Below, in pieces: positions 12,106 to 26,794 of a DNA stretch of 64,000 bases. Source of the stretch: Eledone cirrhosa (taxonomy: Eukaryota). Below the pieces are notes generated by a model. That model searched no databases and was not told the origin of the DNA. It saw only the letters and a list, made by a program, of their open reading frames with translations. Location: contig OZ024747.1 of NCBI GenBank assembly GCA_964016885.1, positions 18,414,001 through 18,478,000 on the forward strand, given 5' to 3'. The translations under genes and the position numbers were made by a program. Within the stretch, counting starts at the first letter, position 1, and each line of letters starts with the position of its first letter.

Positions 12106-12182
12106 TATAATTATTATTGTTATTATTATCATTATTATCATTATTATTACATAATCTTTTATTACATAATCATATTGTTTAA

Positions 12183-12399
12183 CCCTTTAGCATTTACATT
12201 ATACTATATATACTATTGTATTTTAATGGTAAAGGCTTTATCTCATAATATCTCACATAATATCGAATCTACGAGATTTTAATATTATTTATTTCGAGAA
12301 CAATACCTTAACATAACTATGAGCAGCCGGTTATGGCTGGTTTGAACAGAAAAAGATGAGAGATTCTGGCTGGATATGGCCAGTTTAAATGCTAAAGGG
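12183..12399. mobile_element. piggyBac-type MITE (complete)
   Basis: TTAA TSDs at 12179-12182 and 12400-12403; TIRs CCCTTTAGCATTTA / TAAATGCTAAAGGG. Confidence 0.85.
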
Positions 12400-12899
12400 T
12401 TAAAACCATCAATGCTGCTAATTCTTGACAGCCTCTCTTGCTGTAATTCATATATAAAGCAGATATAACCCTTCCACCTCTTTCCTCTCCTCTGTCCGAC
12501 CACACATACAACAATGTTGCTACTATTTGAACAATCATTAAGGCTTTTTACAGCGTTCAATAAATTTTATTAACAATGTGTATTTTCAAGGTGGTGCCGC
12601 TGGTGGTGGGGGTATTGTGGAGGTAAGTGGTGGTTTTATTTGTGATGAAGGAACAATACAAATTCATGTTCGAGATTTCAAGCAATAACATTTGTGTGCA
12701 TGTGTGTGTACTTTAATCTTTTCTGCTATTTGCTTTTTTTGATGTCAATGCTAGGAACCTACAACACTTCTAATTCTCCCACCCCTACCAAAAAATCCCT
12801 CCAAAAATTCTGTGGCCTTGCATTCAGTGTTAATTCTTATCATTTTTTTTCTTCTATTTTTGTTTAAATGTACATACATACATACACATATATACAAAC

Positions 12900-13090
12900 A
12901 TGAAAAGATTCAGGACCCTGACAGCTGAGCTCTGGCCATTTCGACAGCTAGATCTGAGTTCGGATCTAGCTGTTGAAACGGCCGGAGCTCAGCCGTCGGG
13001 GTCCTGAATCTTTTCATATTACCCACTCTACTACCCCAAGTATCGAGTACTCTGATGGGTTATGGTCTATTTGGTTTTTTACCACACCCT
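12900..13090 (+). mobile_element. hairpin-plus-tail non-autonomous element (family with copies at about 20960-21100, 25993-26198, 29437-29562, 34171-34340, 34372-34560)
   Basis: Inverted arms of about 55 bp, followed by the conserved tail TATTACCCACTCTACTACCC.AAGTAT.GAGTACT..GGT; recurs in TA-rich microsatellites. Confidence 0.7.
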
Positions 13091-13654
13091 ATCTGATCAT
13101 ATATACAAACATATATATGTACTCACATCTATACATACATTCATTAATTCATACATGCATATATACAGATATATATATGTACACACATCAATACATACAT
13201 TCATTAATTCATGCATACATATGTACATATGTACATACATATACACAAACATATATATGTACTCACATCTATACATTCATTAATTCATACATACACATGC
13301 TGGACCTCTATTGGTTCTGACGATGAGTATTCCAGTTGTTTGAACAAAAGAACAGCCTGCATATGAAATTAATTTGTAAGTGGCTTAGCATTCCAAAGAC
13401 ATGTGCATCCTCAACTTAATCCTCAAATAGATTCAGCATGACACAGTATGTGATAAGGCTAACCCTTTGAATTATGACATATTTTTGCCAGCTGAGTGAA
13501 CTAGAGCAATGTGAAATCAAGTGTCTTACTTGAGGACACAACAAAACATACATAAATACAAAACATGCATATTCAACATACATATACTTACTTATACATA
13601 CATGATGATTGCTGTCACAATACCATTTCAATCACTCTTGCATGTTTATACACT

Positions 13655-13990
13655 TATTTGCACAGAGTTGACTTTTCAATCCAGCAACTGATTTACAAGT
13701 TCTTTAGAACAAATAACAGATATATGCCAGTGTTTGTACCGGGTTTATTGGATCAGGACATGAAATTTCATGTGCTGTTTTAACCTGTAGGTTGTCTTAC
13801 ATATCTTGCCACAAATTGGACAAATAGACACATTTGGAGGTACAGGGAAATATGTAACATAATCTGCCTGTGTCATTGTCTGTTCATGTGTTTTCGTATG
13901 GTTTATAAAACTGACTTTAGAGAGAGGGACACAGTGACAGAAATTGTAATTCCAATAATCAACATTTTTCATTTCCTACCAACACACCCT
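13655..13990 (-). mobile_element. decayed RTE-type 3' end with C2H2 zinc-finger remnants
   Basis: CPICGKICKTTYRLKQHMKFH plus degenerate flanking fingers (..LSKVSFINHTKTH, ..CKSVAGLKSQL), in the same order as the three fingers at 25196-25507. Confidence 0.5.
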
Positions 13991-16900
13991 TTCTTAGTAT
14001 TCATTTTACAGACGCACACACACACACACATATACATACACACATACATACATACACACATACAGTGAGTCTGCATCTTATGCGATTTTGATCATAAGTA
14101 GTCAGAAAATATTTTTTTAAAAATTCAAAAACGGCTGTAAAACTGTTAATATCACACTTATGGAAACCTCAGGGAACACTCTCACCTCTTCTGCTATCAT
14201 TCTTTTCCTGAGTGCTTTCAATCTCCAGAGAACCTGAAGTTATTCCTCCTCAAAACATGCACAGGTGCTTGTATATGAAGGTCTTCAACATTACGGGTTT
14301 TTAAATAATGTAAGAGGTGGGAGCCAAATGGACATGTAAGATACACACACATACACACACTCACATATGTAGGGATTCTTTGCCTGACAGCTAAGCTTAT
14401 ACTGTTTTGATAACAAATGAGAAATTGTATAAGCTTAGCTGTTAGGCAAGGAATCCCTATAATAATATCTACAGTCTACTATTTTTAAGTGTACAGTACT
14501 AAATTGAATAATGGTCTTACTGGTCTTAACTAGTAACATCTCATCCACACACACACACATTATATAATCATTTTACATCTGCTTTCAATGCTGGCATGGG
14601 CTGGAGTTTGTTACTGTCCAAGAATAGACTGGTTGGGGTACCACATCTTCACTCTTAAACTCCATATTTGGCATGGTTTCTACAGCTGGATGCCTTTCAT
14701 AAAAGCAACCACTTTACAGAGTGTACTGGGTGCATTTTATGACACCATCATTCTCACTTTACTGTGTATACTGGATATATTTGAAGACATCAGAACTGAT
14801 ACATGCATGCATGCATACGTATGTACGTACATACGTACATACATACATAGTGGAAACCAGCTCATGCCTGAGTATGGCCACTTAGACAAAAAAACATTGG
14901 CAAAAACGTGTTATTGATGTTGTCGCTAATGTCACCTTAGATGGCTCATCAAACTTAATTAAATTGTTTTATATATGTTTCACAGGTTCTTTGTGCATGT
15001 TGTGGTGGCAATCATCTGCTAAGATAATAGGGAATATGATGTCTTAGGAAATAATGTGAAAAGAAAAACATCTTTAGATATGAAGCTCCCCCAAAAAAGT
15101 AAATAAAAAGCCCACTATATATCTCTGTATATATATATATGAATGTATGTATGTGGGTATGTGCATGTATGTGTGTATGTATTTGTGTATGTATTTGCCA
15201 TTCAAAGTAGCAATACTTCAATGTATAAGAAAAGAAAAAAAAGACCCTCTCCTTTAGCTAAAACAACAAAGATAATTTTTACCTATCTTCCATTTTTTTT
15301 AGAAGCCTGTGGAAGTAAATTAATTAAAGTTTTCTTACTATTTAACTAAGTCGGCTTGGTTCATTATTCTTTGTGTGTGAGTGTGTGTGTACATATATAT
15401 CAGTATATGTATCTGAATGTGTATATGTGTGTATCTATGTGTGCAAGCACAGGTATGGCCATGCATATAGAAAGTTTGTACTCATACACTCATCATGCAT
15501 AATGGCTGCAAACTCTGCTAAGAGTATAGCTATTGCTTGTCAGATTATAGAGTTTGGTGCACGTTTTGGCTACGCCCAGCCACACGAACCTGTAACATAT
15601 CTTGAACAAGCAATGCCTGTGCTTTGAAGGTTGTTTTAAGTGGTGAAATGCCTTGCACTCAACCAATCCCACTCTCTGAGCACCGAAAACACTACCCAAG
15701 AAGGAGAACTAGTCAACATCGGATGCTTCCGAAACTGCAGGTTTTTTGTCAGAGTTTCCCTCTCCTAGAAAGGTGTTATGACAACAACTAGAGGCCTTTC
15801 ACCTCCAGGTGAAAAAAACCAAAAAAAACCCTACTTATTGGATGGCCATTGACTTTGCTAAATTCCTCTGCCCTTTGCCGGGTCTTATATTTCATCCTGC
15901 AGGGTGTCCAAATATCACCCATCTCACCAAGCTAGCTTGGTGGGGTTGCTGGTTTAGTCGCTGACGACATACATATGTAAAGAGAATATGATCATCAGCA
16001 CTCACAATATACAAAAAGCACATTGCTCATAATGCTTTTACTGCACCTATCCTAATGCCAACATTTGGCCTGCTGAACTGGTCATTTCAAAAACGACTTG
16101 GCTATATTTCTCATGCAAAGAGGGTGTCCGTGGCCTAAAATCCATATTAACATCATGAAGCAACATCTTTAAGAGAAGAAAAAGGACAGCAGCCATCTTG
16201 CCCAGGTTTATAAACAGGAAAATAACAACCTTGTTAGGATAGCTTCTGATCTAGAGGAGGGACGTGAAATAAAAGCTGACACAAATCTCTCTCCCATGAA
16301 CATTAAAAGACTATTTATTGCTCAAATAAAATAAAAGAATAGACCAGTTCAATGAGAAAATTGTGTATGGTTACATGAGAGGAAAACTGCAGAGCATAGA
16401 GGGGATAAAGCATACTAAAAGCCTGACATGGAGTTTTGATAATTTCAAAACATTCCATCTTGAAGAGTACCTTCATGTAATCCAGAAACAAGAACTCCCC
16501 ACCAACTACTGAACAAAAAAGACAAGTAATCAGTTGATAATTGTTTCTACTTTTGGCACATTATTGTGCATTATTGGCACTTTATTTTATCGATCCCGTA
16601 AGGATGAAAGGCAAAGTTAACCTCGGAGCGATTTGAACTCAGACCATAAAGGGTCGTAACTCTATGCTGCAAAGCATGGCGTCCGACCCTCTGGCGATAC
16701 TAGAAAGTTGGTTAGTAAAAAAAAAATTTAAATAAATAAGCAAAAACAAAACTTTTGACTAGCAAGGGAAATAACTATTTTAATGTTAAATGCAGAGTGC
16801 TCTACTCTTGCAGAAGTAATTAAAATATTAAAACCAGACGATACATATGTAATCATACACTATATTATCTCTATGCTCACCCTCCTAAACGAAGAAGAGG

Positions 16901-17072
16901 GGAAGTAATACAGGATTCTAAAGTGGGATCTGAGGTATTCCAGTAGGCTAATTGTTTTTGCTTAGATTTGTTTCCCTTAAAAATGATAATGTGCGATAAA
17001 TTATGCTGCACACAAGAATAGTTTTATCTTAGATGATGGTGGTTGTGGTGGGGATGGTAAGCTAGTAAAGTA

Positions 17073-17840
17073 GGGGAATAGAGGGGAATAGAGCTGGTAT
17101 AGTGGGGAATAGAGCTGGTATAGTGGGGAATAGAGCTTGTATAGTGGGGAATATAGCTGGTATAGTGGGGAATAGAGTTGGTATAGTGGGGAATAGAGTT
17201 GGTATAGAGCTGGTATAGTGGGGAATAGAGTTGGTATAACGGGGAATAGAGCTGGTATAGTGCGGAATAGAGCTGGTATAGTGGGAATAGAGCTGGTATA
17301 GAGGGGAATAGAGCTGGTATAGTGGGGATAGAGTTGGTATGGAGGGGAATAGAGTTGGTATAACGGGGAATAGAGCTGGTATAGTGGAGAATAGAGTTGG
17401 TATAACGGGGAATAGAGCTGGTATAGTGCGGAATAGAGCTGGTATAGTGGGAATAGAGCTGGTATAGAGGGGAATAGAGCTGGTATAGTGGGGATAGAGC
17501 TGGTATAGACGGAATAGAGCTGGTATAGTGGGGAATAGAGTTGATATAGTGGGGAATAGAGTTGGTATAGTGGGGAATAGAGTTGGTGTAGAGGGGAATA
17601 GAGCTGGTATAGTGGGGAATAGAGTTGGTATAGTGGGGAATAGAGTTGGTATAGAGGGGAATAGAGTTGGTATAGTGGAGAATAGAGCTGGTGTAGTGGG
17701 GAATAGAGTTGGTGTAGAGGGGAATAGAGTTGGTGTAGGGGGCAATAGAGTTGATATAGTGGGGAATAGAGTTGGTATAGTGGGGAATAGAGTTGATATA
17801 GTGGGGAATAGAGTTGGTATAGTGGAGAATAGAGCTGGTA
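17073..17840. repeat. 21-bp minisatellite (GGGGAATAGAGYTGGTATAGT), about 36 copies
   Basis: Tandem array read directly from the sequence; it produces the pseudo-ORFs 17062-18042 and 17528-18022. Confidence 0.95.
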
Positions 17841-18059
17841 AACTGAGGAATACAGTTGCCAAAGCGAGGAATATAATTGGTAAAGAAGGGGTCAAATTAT
17901 CGAACAATTTAAACGGGTTTAAATGGTTAAAGAGAAAAAATAGAGTATCATCCATTAGCAAAGAGGTAGCAATAAAGAAAATGGAGGCGGAACTAATTAA
18001 CCGATTAAAAGAGGTACATTGAAGTGGCAGCATAAACAACAAGAATGGCTTTCTATATT

Positions 18060-18510
18060 CCTCTGACGTAAAACATAAAAGATGTGTTGTTCATGATGTA
18101 GTACATGCACTGAAACATAGGGACATTAAAAGCCGTTCGACAAGCCCGACCTGGTGAGGCGCAATGTGGAAAGAAAGTGACATTTCGACTTCTGATGGGC
18201 TAACCAATTCCAAGATGTGTGCCGTTTTCTAACCGCACTTCGCCAAATTGTTCGCAAAAAGTGACGGATTGGAAACTGTTGAGATCGATACCTACCTTAA
18301 GTATCTTCCACAACTCTCGACCGAAGATACAGGATTCTGCAAAAAACAAACAAACAACAAAAACAACATTTTTTAGCAGGTGTAGCTTCTGACAGGACCC
18401 GCTGGAAGGAGTGTTTGAGGATTCTGCCTCCACGACCCTCCCGGGAATAAATGGCGAAGAAGAAGAAGAAGAAGAAGAAGAAGAAGAAGAAGAAGAAGAA
18501 GAAGAAGAAG
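18060..18510 (+). mobile_element. RTE-type LINE 3' fragment with (GAA)n tail
   Basis: The 3' end (GGAAGGAGTGTTTGAGGA..CTGCCTCCACGACCCTC...GAAGAAG) matches the RTE ends at 48540-48620 and 62145-62230. Confidence 0.55.
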
Positions 18511-19735
18511 GTGGTTTCTGATATAGACACAAGGCCAACAACTCTGGGGAGGGGAAAATCGATTAAATCGATACCAGTTTATTACTGGTACTTTATTTTA
18601 TCGACGTCAGGAGGATGAAAGGCAAAGCTAACCTCGGCTGAATTTGAACTCAGAATCTAAAGGGACGTAACGACATCTAGTTAAAGAATAATAATTGTTT
18701 CTACTTTTGGCACAAGGCCAGCAATTATCCAGTGCATTACTGGTACTTTATTTTATCGACCCCGTAAGGATGAAAGGCAAAGTCAACCTCGGCAATACCC
18801 GTTTCGGAATGTCGCTTTCTTTTTTTTATTTCGTTGTTCATAGAGGAGTGTCATCAAAAGTCCTTTGTATATACCATTTCAACCTCCTTCCATTTCAACG
18901 AGAACAAACGATCCCAGATGTACAATTTTACCGAAGGGTCTGCAATTTCAAAGAAATAACAGGAAAGACGTAGACATATCAAAAGTGTTCTGCTCCAAAA
19001 ATATTCTTTAAAATTTACACAGAATCTCACACATGGTTCATGTTCCTTATATTTCGTGTGTGTATGAACGTTTATTTAGTGTTTTATAATGTTTTGAGAA
19101 TTTATTTCTGAATAGTAAAGCCTTTGTTTCTTTATGTTTATTTAAAGAAAAAAAAGTTTTCGCTTGGCAAATGTTAACATTATGTTTTCATCATACATGT
19201 TACACGAATGGCTACACACACAACTACACAAATACACACACACACCAATGGGGAGTTTCACGAAGAAAAAAAAAATGCCCCACAACCGGGAGAAATGAGA
19301 CAAAATGGGGAGATTTTGCATAATGGAAGCTTTACCTATTTTTTTTACAAGAGAAGACATCTCTGACCCACGCCAAAATGGTTCGGAGATCTCTCCGTCC
19401 GACGGGGAGAGTTGATAGGTCTGAAATATTAATACATTCGAATTAGAATATAAACTGCAATTTGATTGCTGGGGGTATAATAGGATGAAAATAAGCAGAT
19501 TGATCCTGGAAGGCGCCTCCATTGTTTAAGTCCATAAAAGATAATTGTTTCTACGTTTGGCACAAGGCCAGCAATTACCCAGTGCATTACTGGTACTTTA
19601 TTTTATCGACCCCGTAAGGATGAAAGGCAAAGTTAACCTCGACAGGATTTGAACTCAGATCGTAAAGGGGCGTAACTATGCTGGAAAGCATGGCGTCCGA
19701 CCTTCTACCGATACTGCCAAATCACCGCCATAAAA
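18510..19735 (-). mobile_element. cluster of minus-strand SINE copies (about 18510-18665, 18690-18795, 19545-19730)
   Basis: Reverse complement of the family core, e.g. CTGGTACTTTATTTTATCGACCCCGTAAGGATGAAAGGCAAAG. Confidence 0.75.
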
Positions 19736-20028
19736 GATAATGATAATTGACGATTTTATTTTTGATTTTAGGATTTCTATTTGTAAAAAGGCATTGTCTA
19801 TTTGTTTAAAAAAAAAAGATGATTTTGTCAACAGAAGTTTCCGATTATAAATGAAAAGTGAGATTGAAAAAATATCAGTTCCGAATGCAAGAGTCGTGAA
19901 ACAACGTGTTCCTAATAACTGTCAAAGGACACCCCATGGATTTAATAAATTATGCACTTCTGTTACTATAGCTAGAGAAAAAATATTTACTGAATACCAG
20001 AAATCCACTAAATGCCAACTAGTTTAGG

Positions 20029-20281
<253 letters not shown>

Positions 20282-21097
20282 ATAACGAAGGAGTTGTGGC
20301 AAGGAACCAGATGGACCATAATGCACCAATTCAAAACCTGTTCCCAAACAGACCTATTGCATTGAATCTTTGTTTTTTTTTTCAATAAACAAATATCATT
20401 ATTTCTGAAGACAGCATATATATGTGTAGGTATGTATATTCCCTCTGATAGTTTGTATAAATATTTTACATAGATCTATAGAATATGCATACCAACACTA
20501 ACACATATATATCCTAGAAACGATCGTAAAATGATGAATTTTTTTAATATAAGGAACTGTTTCTTTGTTTATTCATTATTTTATTAATTCATCTTGACTC
20601 TGTTTTCCGTTAATTTTCACCGAAAATAGTTTTTGAATGCATCTTCTCTTTTCATGATATCCGGATTACATTGAGTTCTTCATACGGATTGGACACTACC
20701 ATAAATTTTTGGTAGATTTATCTATATATATATATATGGATGTATATATAATGTATTTTGCAATACACTTTATGCTTAATTAAAAGCATTTTGAAGACCG
20801 TAAGCTATTGTTTTAAAGTAGTGACAAATTCACTCACTTTGATCTCAGCAAACAGGGGAGATAAGCCGACAATACATGTTTCGCTTTGGTTGAAGCTTAT
20901 CAAGGCCAACTACCCCACCTGTCTGTCGGCTTATCTCCCCTGTCTGTCGGCTTATCTCCCAGTCCAGAATTAGCCGTCGAAACGGCTTGAGCTCAGCTGT
21001 CGGGGTCTTACTGGTTCCTATTACCCACTCTACTACCTCAAGTATTGAGTACTTTGGTGCGTTATGGTCCACCTGGTTCCTTACCACATTTCCTTCG

Positions 21098-21174
<77 letters not shown>

Positions 21175-21639
21175 ATAAAAAAAAAGTATTTTTAGATGCT
21201 TCACAAACGCATCTTTGGTGTCCGATACGCTCAGATGTAAGCCATTATTACCACCGCCATTAATATACAGAAATATATTTGTAATCTTAATATTTTGTGT
21301 GGTTAAATTTATGGAAATATATAAAATATGCATTCTGGATAATATCTCGTGGTAGTTTTTTTTACCGACTTTATGAGTTTTTTTTTGCTATTAATATAAA
21401 TAGAGGAATTTATTATTGTACTACCCCCCCCCCCCCCCCTCAAAAAAAAAACCCCAAATACAAAACAAACAAAAAATAAAATATCCCACGCCCGAGAACA
21501 TGAATTTTATGCTTAAAAAATACATTACAAACATTTTTTTTTCTTCATATTTTGATAGCCCACATTTGGTTACTGGGGTTGATTTAATCACTCAGAAGCA
21601 TAAAATGACAAGTCAGTCAATCATATTGGTGGCCTCCCC

Positions 21640-21960
21640 ACAGCCCCGGCGGACAGAATGGAGAAGGCGTTTCCCCGGAGGACGGCAAGGGAGACGCGTT
21701 GGAAAAGTCATTCCAGCACACGAGGCTCACACCTGCAGCTGGCCAACTTAGCGCCTATGATGGTGAGTAGGGAGGTAGACCTAAGGCCAAGGACACCAGA
21801 AGTCTCCACTGCCAAGGGTACAACCGCAAACCTGTCGGAGAGCGATCGGTATTTGAAGAGTTTGGGCTCCTCAGCCCGACGTGCAGCAAAACGTGGGTTA
21901 GTCGCAGATTGCACCAGGTTGCGGCTGGAGAAATATCGCATTTTATCCGATGCCCCACCA
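21640..21960 (-). mobile_element. CRE-like (restriction-like endonuclease) non-LTR retrotransposon fragment
   Basis: AARRAEEPKLFKY...FAVVPLAVETSGVLG is the RLE E..K..KY / P.A.ET.G motif, shared with 49330-49560 and 63000-63444. Confidence 0.65.
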
Positions 21961-22691
21961 GTTCTGCTGACCCACCACCCTAATTTGTCCATTAATGACT
22001 GGTATTTATTCATCTTCGCTCATATGCTGATATGGTTGACATCGGATAATGTATCACAACACGGATTAATCTCCAGATGAGCGACTAATCTTTCTTGTGC
22101 ATTAAAAATCTTAAATCATGGTCGAAGCCAAAAGACTTTAGCTGTGACGGGAAACAAGTAACTTTGAAGCTTCTTTTAATGACATCGTCCAACGCAGGGT
22201 TTAAAACTGGCTCGAATCGTGTAAGCGATTATATTATTCTGTTTTTGTTCAGACCTTCATATTCACGCATTAACCAGTCTATGGTGGCTCAGCCGATTAG
22301 AAATAATCAAATCCCCCAAGATAACGCATTGCCGCCATACAGAAGGAAGAATTCATTAGATAATGTAATCATATCTACTTAAACAACTAAAAAAGAAGAC
22401 AGGGTAGTCACAGCTGGCATGCTTTTGTCTATAGTTTTGCTCGATCATGGCTGATATGGGACTAAATAACAGACATATACTTAGTAAATTTAGTCATGAC
22501 CAGTTAAGTATGTGTCGTGTTATTGGTCAGTAGCAGGTCTGTTCTGACCCAACAGACGTATGATCAAAAACATTACAACTATGCATGCATGTGTGTGTGT
22601 GTGAGAGAGAGAGATTCCCTGTGGAGTCGAGGGATCCCATGGTGACAGCATGTTTTGGGTCTTTAAAACCTGGCGGAGCCCATCACCTCAG

Positions 22692-22727
<36 letters not shown>

Positions 22728-24669
22728 CAACATTGAGGAAGAATCGATCCCAGTACTGAACTGGTACTACATTTAGACCTCAAAAGGATGAGAGGCAAAG
22801 TTGACCTCGAAGGGTTTTGAACTCATAGCCGCAGAGAGCCAGAACGAATACCGCATTTATATAGATTTATGTAGATTTAGAAATAAATGATTGAAATATC
22901 TTTTTTTATCTTTAATCACTTCCGCGTGTCAGTAATCTCTTATGTAAACCATTAATTTATCAAACGCAGTTTGTATGATTATTCATATATCCAGCAATCT
23001 TACCATATATAGCATACCAATGCTGGGCAGCAAAAATTAAATACGTTCAACGCTATTCATAGCATGGCTCTACTTATGATTTCTAACACAATATGGATGA
23101 TGTTCAATTTTAACGTTAGTAGCTTGATGTCTGTAGTTAGAGAACATCTTGGAATAACAAAAGAGAACTTCGCAATACAATGAGCTTACGAGGAGCCTCT
23201 AGACCTGTGGTTCTTTACAAATTTTGCTCCTTGCCCTATCACAACATCTCAAAAGATATGATGCCCCTCCCCTCATTCAATATAAAAACATGTTTGGTGT
23301 TAAAAAGATATAATGTAAACTTAAAAGAAAAATGTCCATCAAACTATTCAAATTGTAATTCCTTTGGAACGTGTGACCCACGTGCGGAATCTATGCTCTA
23401 AGCCAGGCTTGGGCAACCTTTTTCGAGTAGTTTGCCGCATAGGATGTTGATCATATTAAGGTGGGCCGCACTATTAATTTGAAATTAGACGTGCCATTTA
23501 GAAAGCCAAACGGGTCGCAGTTTCCACATGATGGTTACGCCTTCACGGCACCCACTACTTCTTAAAAATAACAGCTGAATCTCCCTCAAATCATACACGT
23601 TACAGCTTTAAAATAGTTTATTTTAGTAGCTTTTAAATGAATTTTTAACAGTGTTTTAGAAATACACATTAAAAAAAACAAAAAAACTTTTCCATGTTCA
23701 CAATCTTTTTTTTTTTTCTTTTTGTTTTTAACTCCCAGTGTGCCACGAAGTCAAAAAGATTAACTACTGCAATAATTCAACACCTGATTAACAGAGACAC
23801 CTGCTACTACTGTAAACTAAGCAACTCTTATTTAAAATACTCAAACATAAAATATTACGACATATTAGGTTTCACTTAGGTGTGAAATATATAAATTGCC
23901 GATAATTATCTGTGGATAGGTATGAATGTAAATGTCCTGTTTTGTTTTATAATCTTTGAAATGATTTAATAAAGAAGGATGCGGCTTCTAGTTAGGCACA
24001 GAAATAAGGTGTTCTAGTTAAAAATCAGACAATAACTTGTATGTGTGCGTGAGTGTGCATGTATGTGTTTGTGTACGTATGTATATGGGCATAGGTGTGT
24101 ATGTATGTATGTATATATGTATGTATGTCGCATGGTCGGGTCGTCGGCGACTAAGCCGGCAACCCCACCAAGTTTACTTGGTGAGGAGAGTGATTTTGGA
24201 TACCATGCAGAACAAAAAACAAAACCTGACAAAGGGCGGAAAAACTCATAAGAGTCAACGGCCATCCAAAAGTGTGTAAATATGTATATACACATGTACA
24301 GCGCAGTTAAACCACTGGGAGTGAAGGACCCCTAGCCTTTGTCAGGGCATTCTTTTAGGAGAAGGTAACTCAGGAAACTGGGATGACGCCCATATAAAAC
24401 CTGCGGCTCAGTAGTTACCGATGATGTTGATCTTTTCTTCTTTTCGGGTTATAGCTACTGTTGCTCAGAGAGTGGGATTGTCTCAGTGCACAGTCTTTCC
24501 TCACTTTAAAAAATATCTTCATACACAGGCATTACACGATAGAATTAATTAATAATTATTAATAATGGTATATCGTGCAATGGCCATACTCGATAACGAG
24601 GGGGCAGCCATCATGTATGTATGTATGTATGTATGTATGTATGTATGTATGTATGTATGTATGTATGTA

Positions 24670-25507
24670 TGTATACAAGGCATGTGTGCTCTCTTCTCTT
24701 CTTTATGCCTGCGAGACCTGGGTCACATATCGACACCACCTTAAACAATTGGAGCGTTTCCATCAGATGTGTCTTAGACGGATCCATGGTGTTCACTGGA
24801 GGGACCATATCGGTGATGTCGAGATTTTGGAAAGCTCTCTGTGTGAAAGTATAGCAGCTCTTGTGCTTAAGCAAAGACTCCGATGGAGTGGTCATCTTGC
24901 CAGGATGAAGGATTCTAGAATACCGAAACAACTCTTTTATGGAGAGTTAGTTAAAGAAAAACGACCTCCACATAAACCCAAAAAGAGGTATAAGGATTCG
25001 TTGAAAGCCTCTTTGAAAGACTCTAACATCTCTGCTGATACATGGGAAAGCGTAGTTGCTGATCGTAATAAATAGAGAAAGACTGTACACGAGGGGAAAG
25101 TTGCTTTTGAAACATCTCGAATCGCATACGAGAAAGTAAAAAAGGATGTCAGGAAAGGCTTTGCTGTTGCATTTTCAGACAGCAAAGGTCCTCCTATGGC
25201 GCTGACATGCAGCGTCTGTGCGAGACTCTGTCTAAGCAAAGCTGGACTCGAAAGTCATCTTCGCAGTCATAAAGTGAGACAAGTGGTTGACTACCAGGCT
25301 GCTATCAAAGATGCTGCTCATCATACTTGTCAAGCATGTGGAAAAGAGTGTAGATCAGCAGGAGAGCTCAAACGACATGCAAAAGTACATGAAATCCTAC
25401 CACAGCCGGCTGTTGCCAGTGAATGTTTTGGTTGCCAACAACTCTGTGCAAGACATTTTAGATCATTGGCTGGGTTAAAAAGCCACATTCGATCGCAGCA
25501 CCATTAA
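24670..25507 (+). mobile_element. RTE-clade LINE 3' fragment with three C-terminal C2H2-like fingers
   Basis: YKACVLSSLLYACETW, LERFHQMCLRRI, LRWSGHLARM..SRIPKQLFYGEL; internal stop at 25073; fingers CSVC..HLRSH, CQAC..HAKVH, CQQLC..HIRSQH. Confidence 0.8.
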
Positions 25508-25614
25508 TTGTTAATATATATGAGTGTGTATATGTATGTGTATCTGTGTGTATGTATGTGTATGTGCGTGTGTATGTATATATGTATATATGTATACATG
25601 TATATATGTGTATG

Positions 25615-25656
<42 letters not shown>

Positions 25657-26195
25657 TTTAAATATCACATAAGAAACGGAGAGTCAGTGGTGCGACGAAT
25701 AAGATTTATCAGACATATTACAATCGTTTCTCTGGCAACCAGCTCGAGGCACAATCGATGCAATGATCAAACCTGACTCTGAAATCACAAGATCCTCGCA
25801 TCGATCGTGCCTCGAGCTGGTCGCCAGAAAAACGATTGTAATATGTTTAATAAATCTTATTCGTCGCACCACTGACTCTCTGTTTCTTATGTGATATTAT
25901 ACTCTGCTCTGTAAGAGCATCGAGTGCTCAAACGGCATACCGCATACGGACGCTTTAAGCATCCCACACCAATTATATATATATATATATATATAACGAA
26001 GGAAATGTGGTAAGGAACCAGGTGGACCATAACGCACCACAGTACTCAATACTTAGGGTAGTAGAGTGGGTAATAGGAACAAGTAAGACCCCGACGGCTG
26101 AGCTCAAGCCGTTTCGACGGCTAATTCTGGACTGAATGAAGTCCAGAATTAGCCGTCGAAACGGCTTGAGCTCAGCCGTCGGGGTCTTTCTTGTT

Positions 26196-26284
<89 letters not shown>

Positions 26285-26794
26285 TTATTATTATCATTAT
26301 TTTTTTTCCTGCAAATGCCATACTCGATAACGAGAGGGCAGCCATTATGTATGTATGTATGTATGTATGTATGTATGTATGTATGTATGTATGTATGTAT
26401 ACATGCATGCATGTGTGTATGATTTACTTTAAGATTCATGCAAGCTCTTTATAGGAATCAACCCGGTTGCTAAGTGACAAGGCTTTTTTTGTTTGAGTTT
26501 AGACAGTTCTAGGCATTGTGACTATTTGTGTTAATGAGTACATATATGAAGGTGTGGTTACATAGATTTTCACCCATCTTATGGGTATGCATATTTGCTT
26601 ATGGAACGACTGTATGTGAGTATGTCATATGCACACATGATTATTTGCATATGTTCATTCAAAGAAATTCAAATGAAGATCATTGAGATGTTTTACAAAT
26701 CTTCACTGTACAACTGATAATCAGTAGTCCGTTTCTTTGTTCTTTAATAGAAAACACTAGGCTTTTATGTATTGTCATTATTTCCAGGCGTAAG

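Noticed and set aside
13311-13385. Hammerhead at CTGACGA...GAAA
   Set aside because: Stems I and III do not pair convincingly; the region looks like part of a common interspersed repeat.
13745-13972. Host C2H2 zinc-finger gene
   Set aside because: It has no TGEKP linkers, the neighbouring fingers contain stops and frameshifts, and the layout matches an RTE C-terminus.
17062-18042. 326-aa and 164-aa ORFs
   Set aside because: Artefacts of the 21-bp minisatellite.
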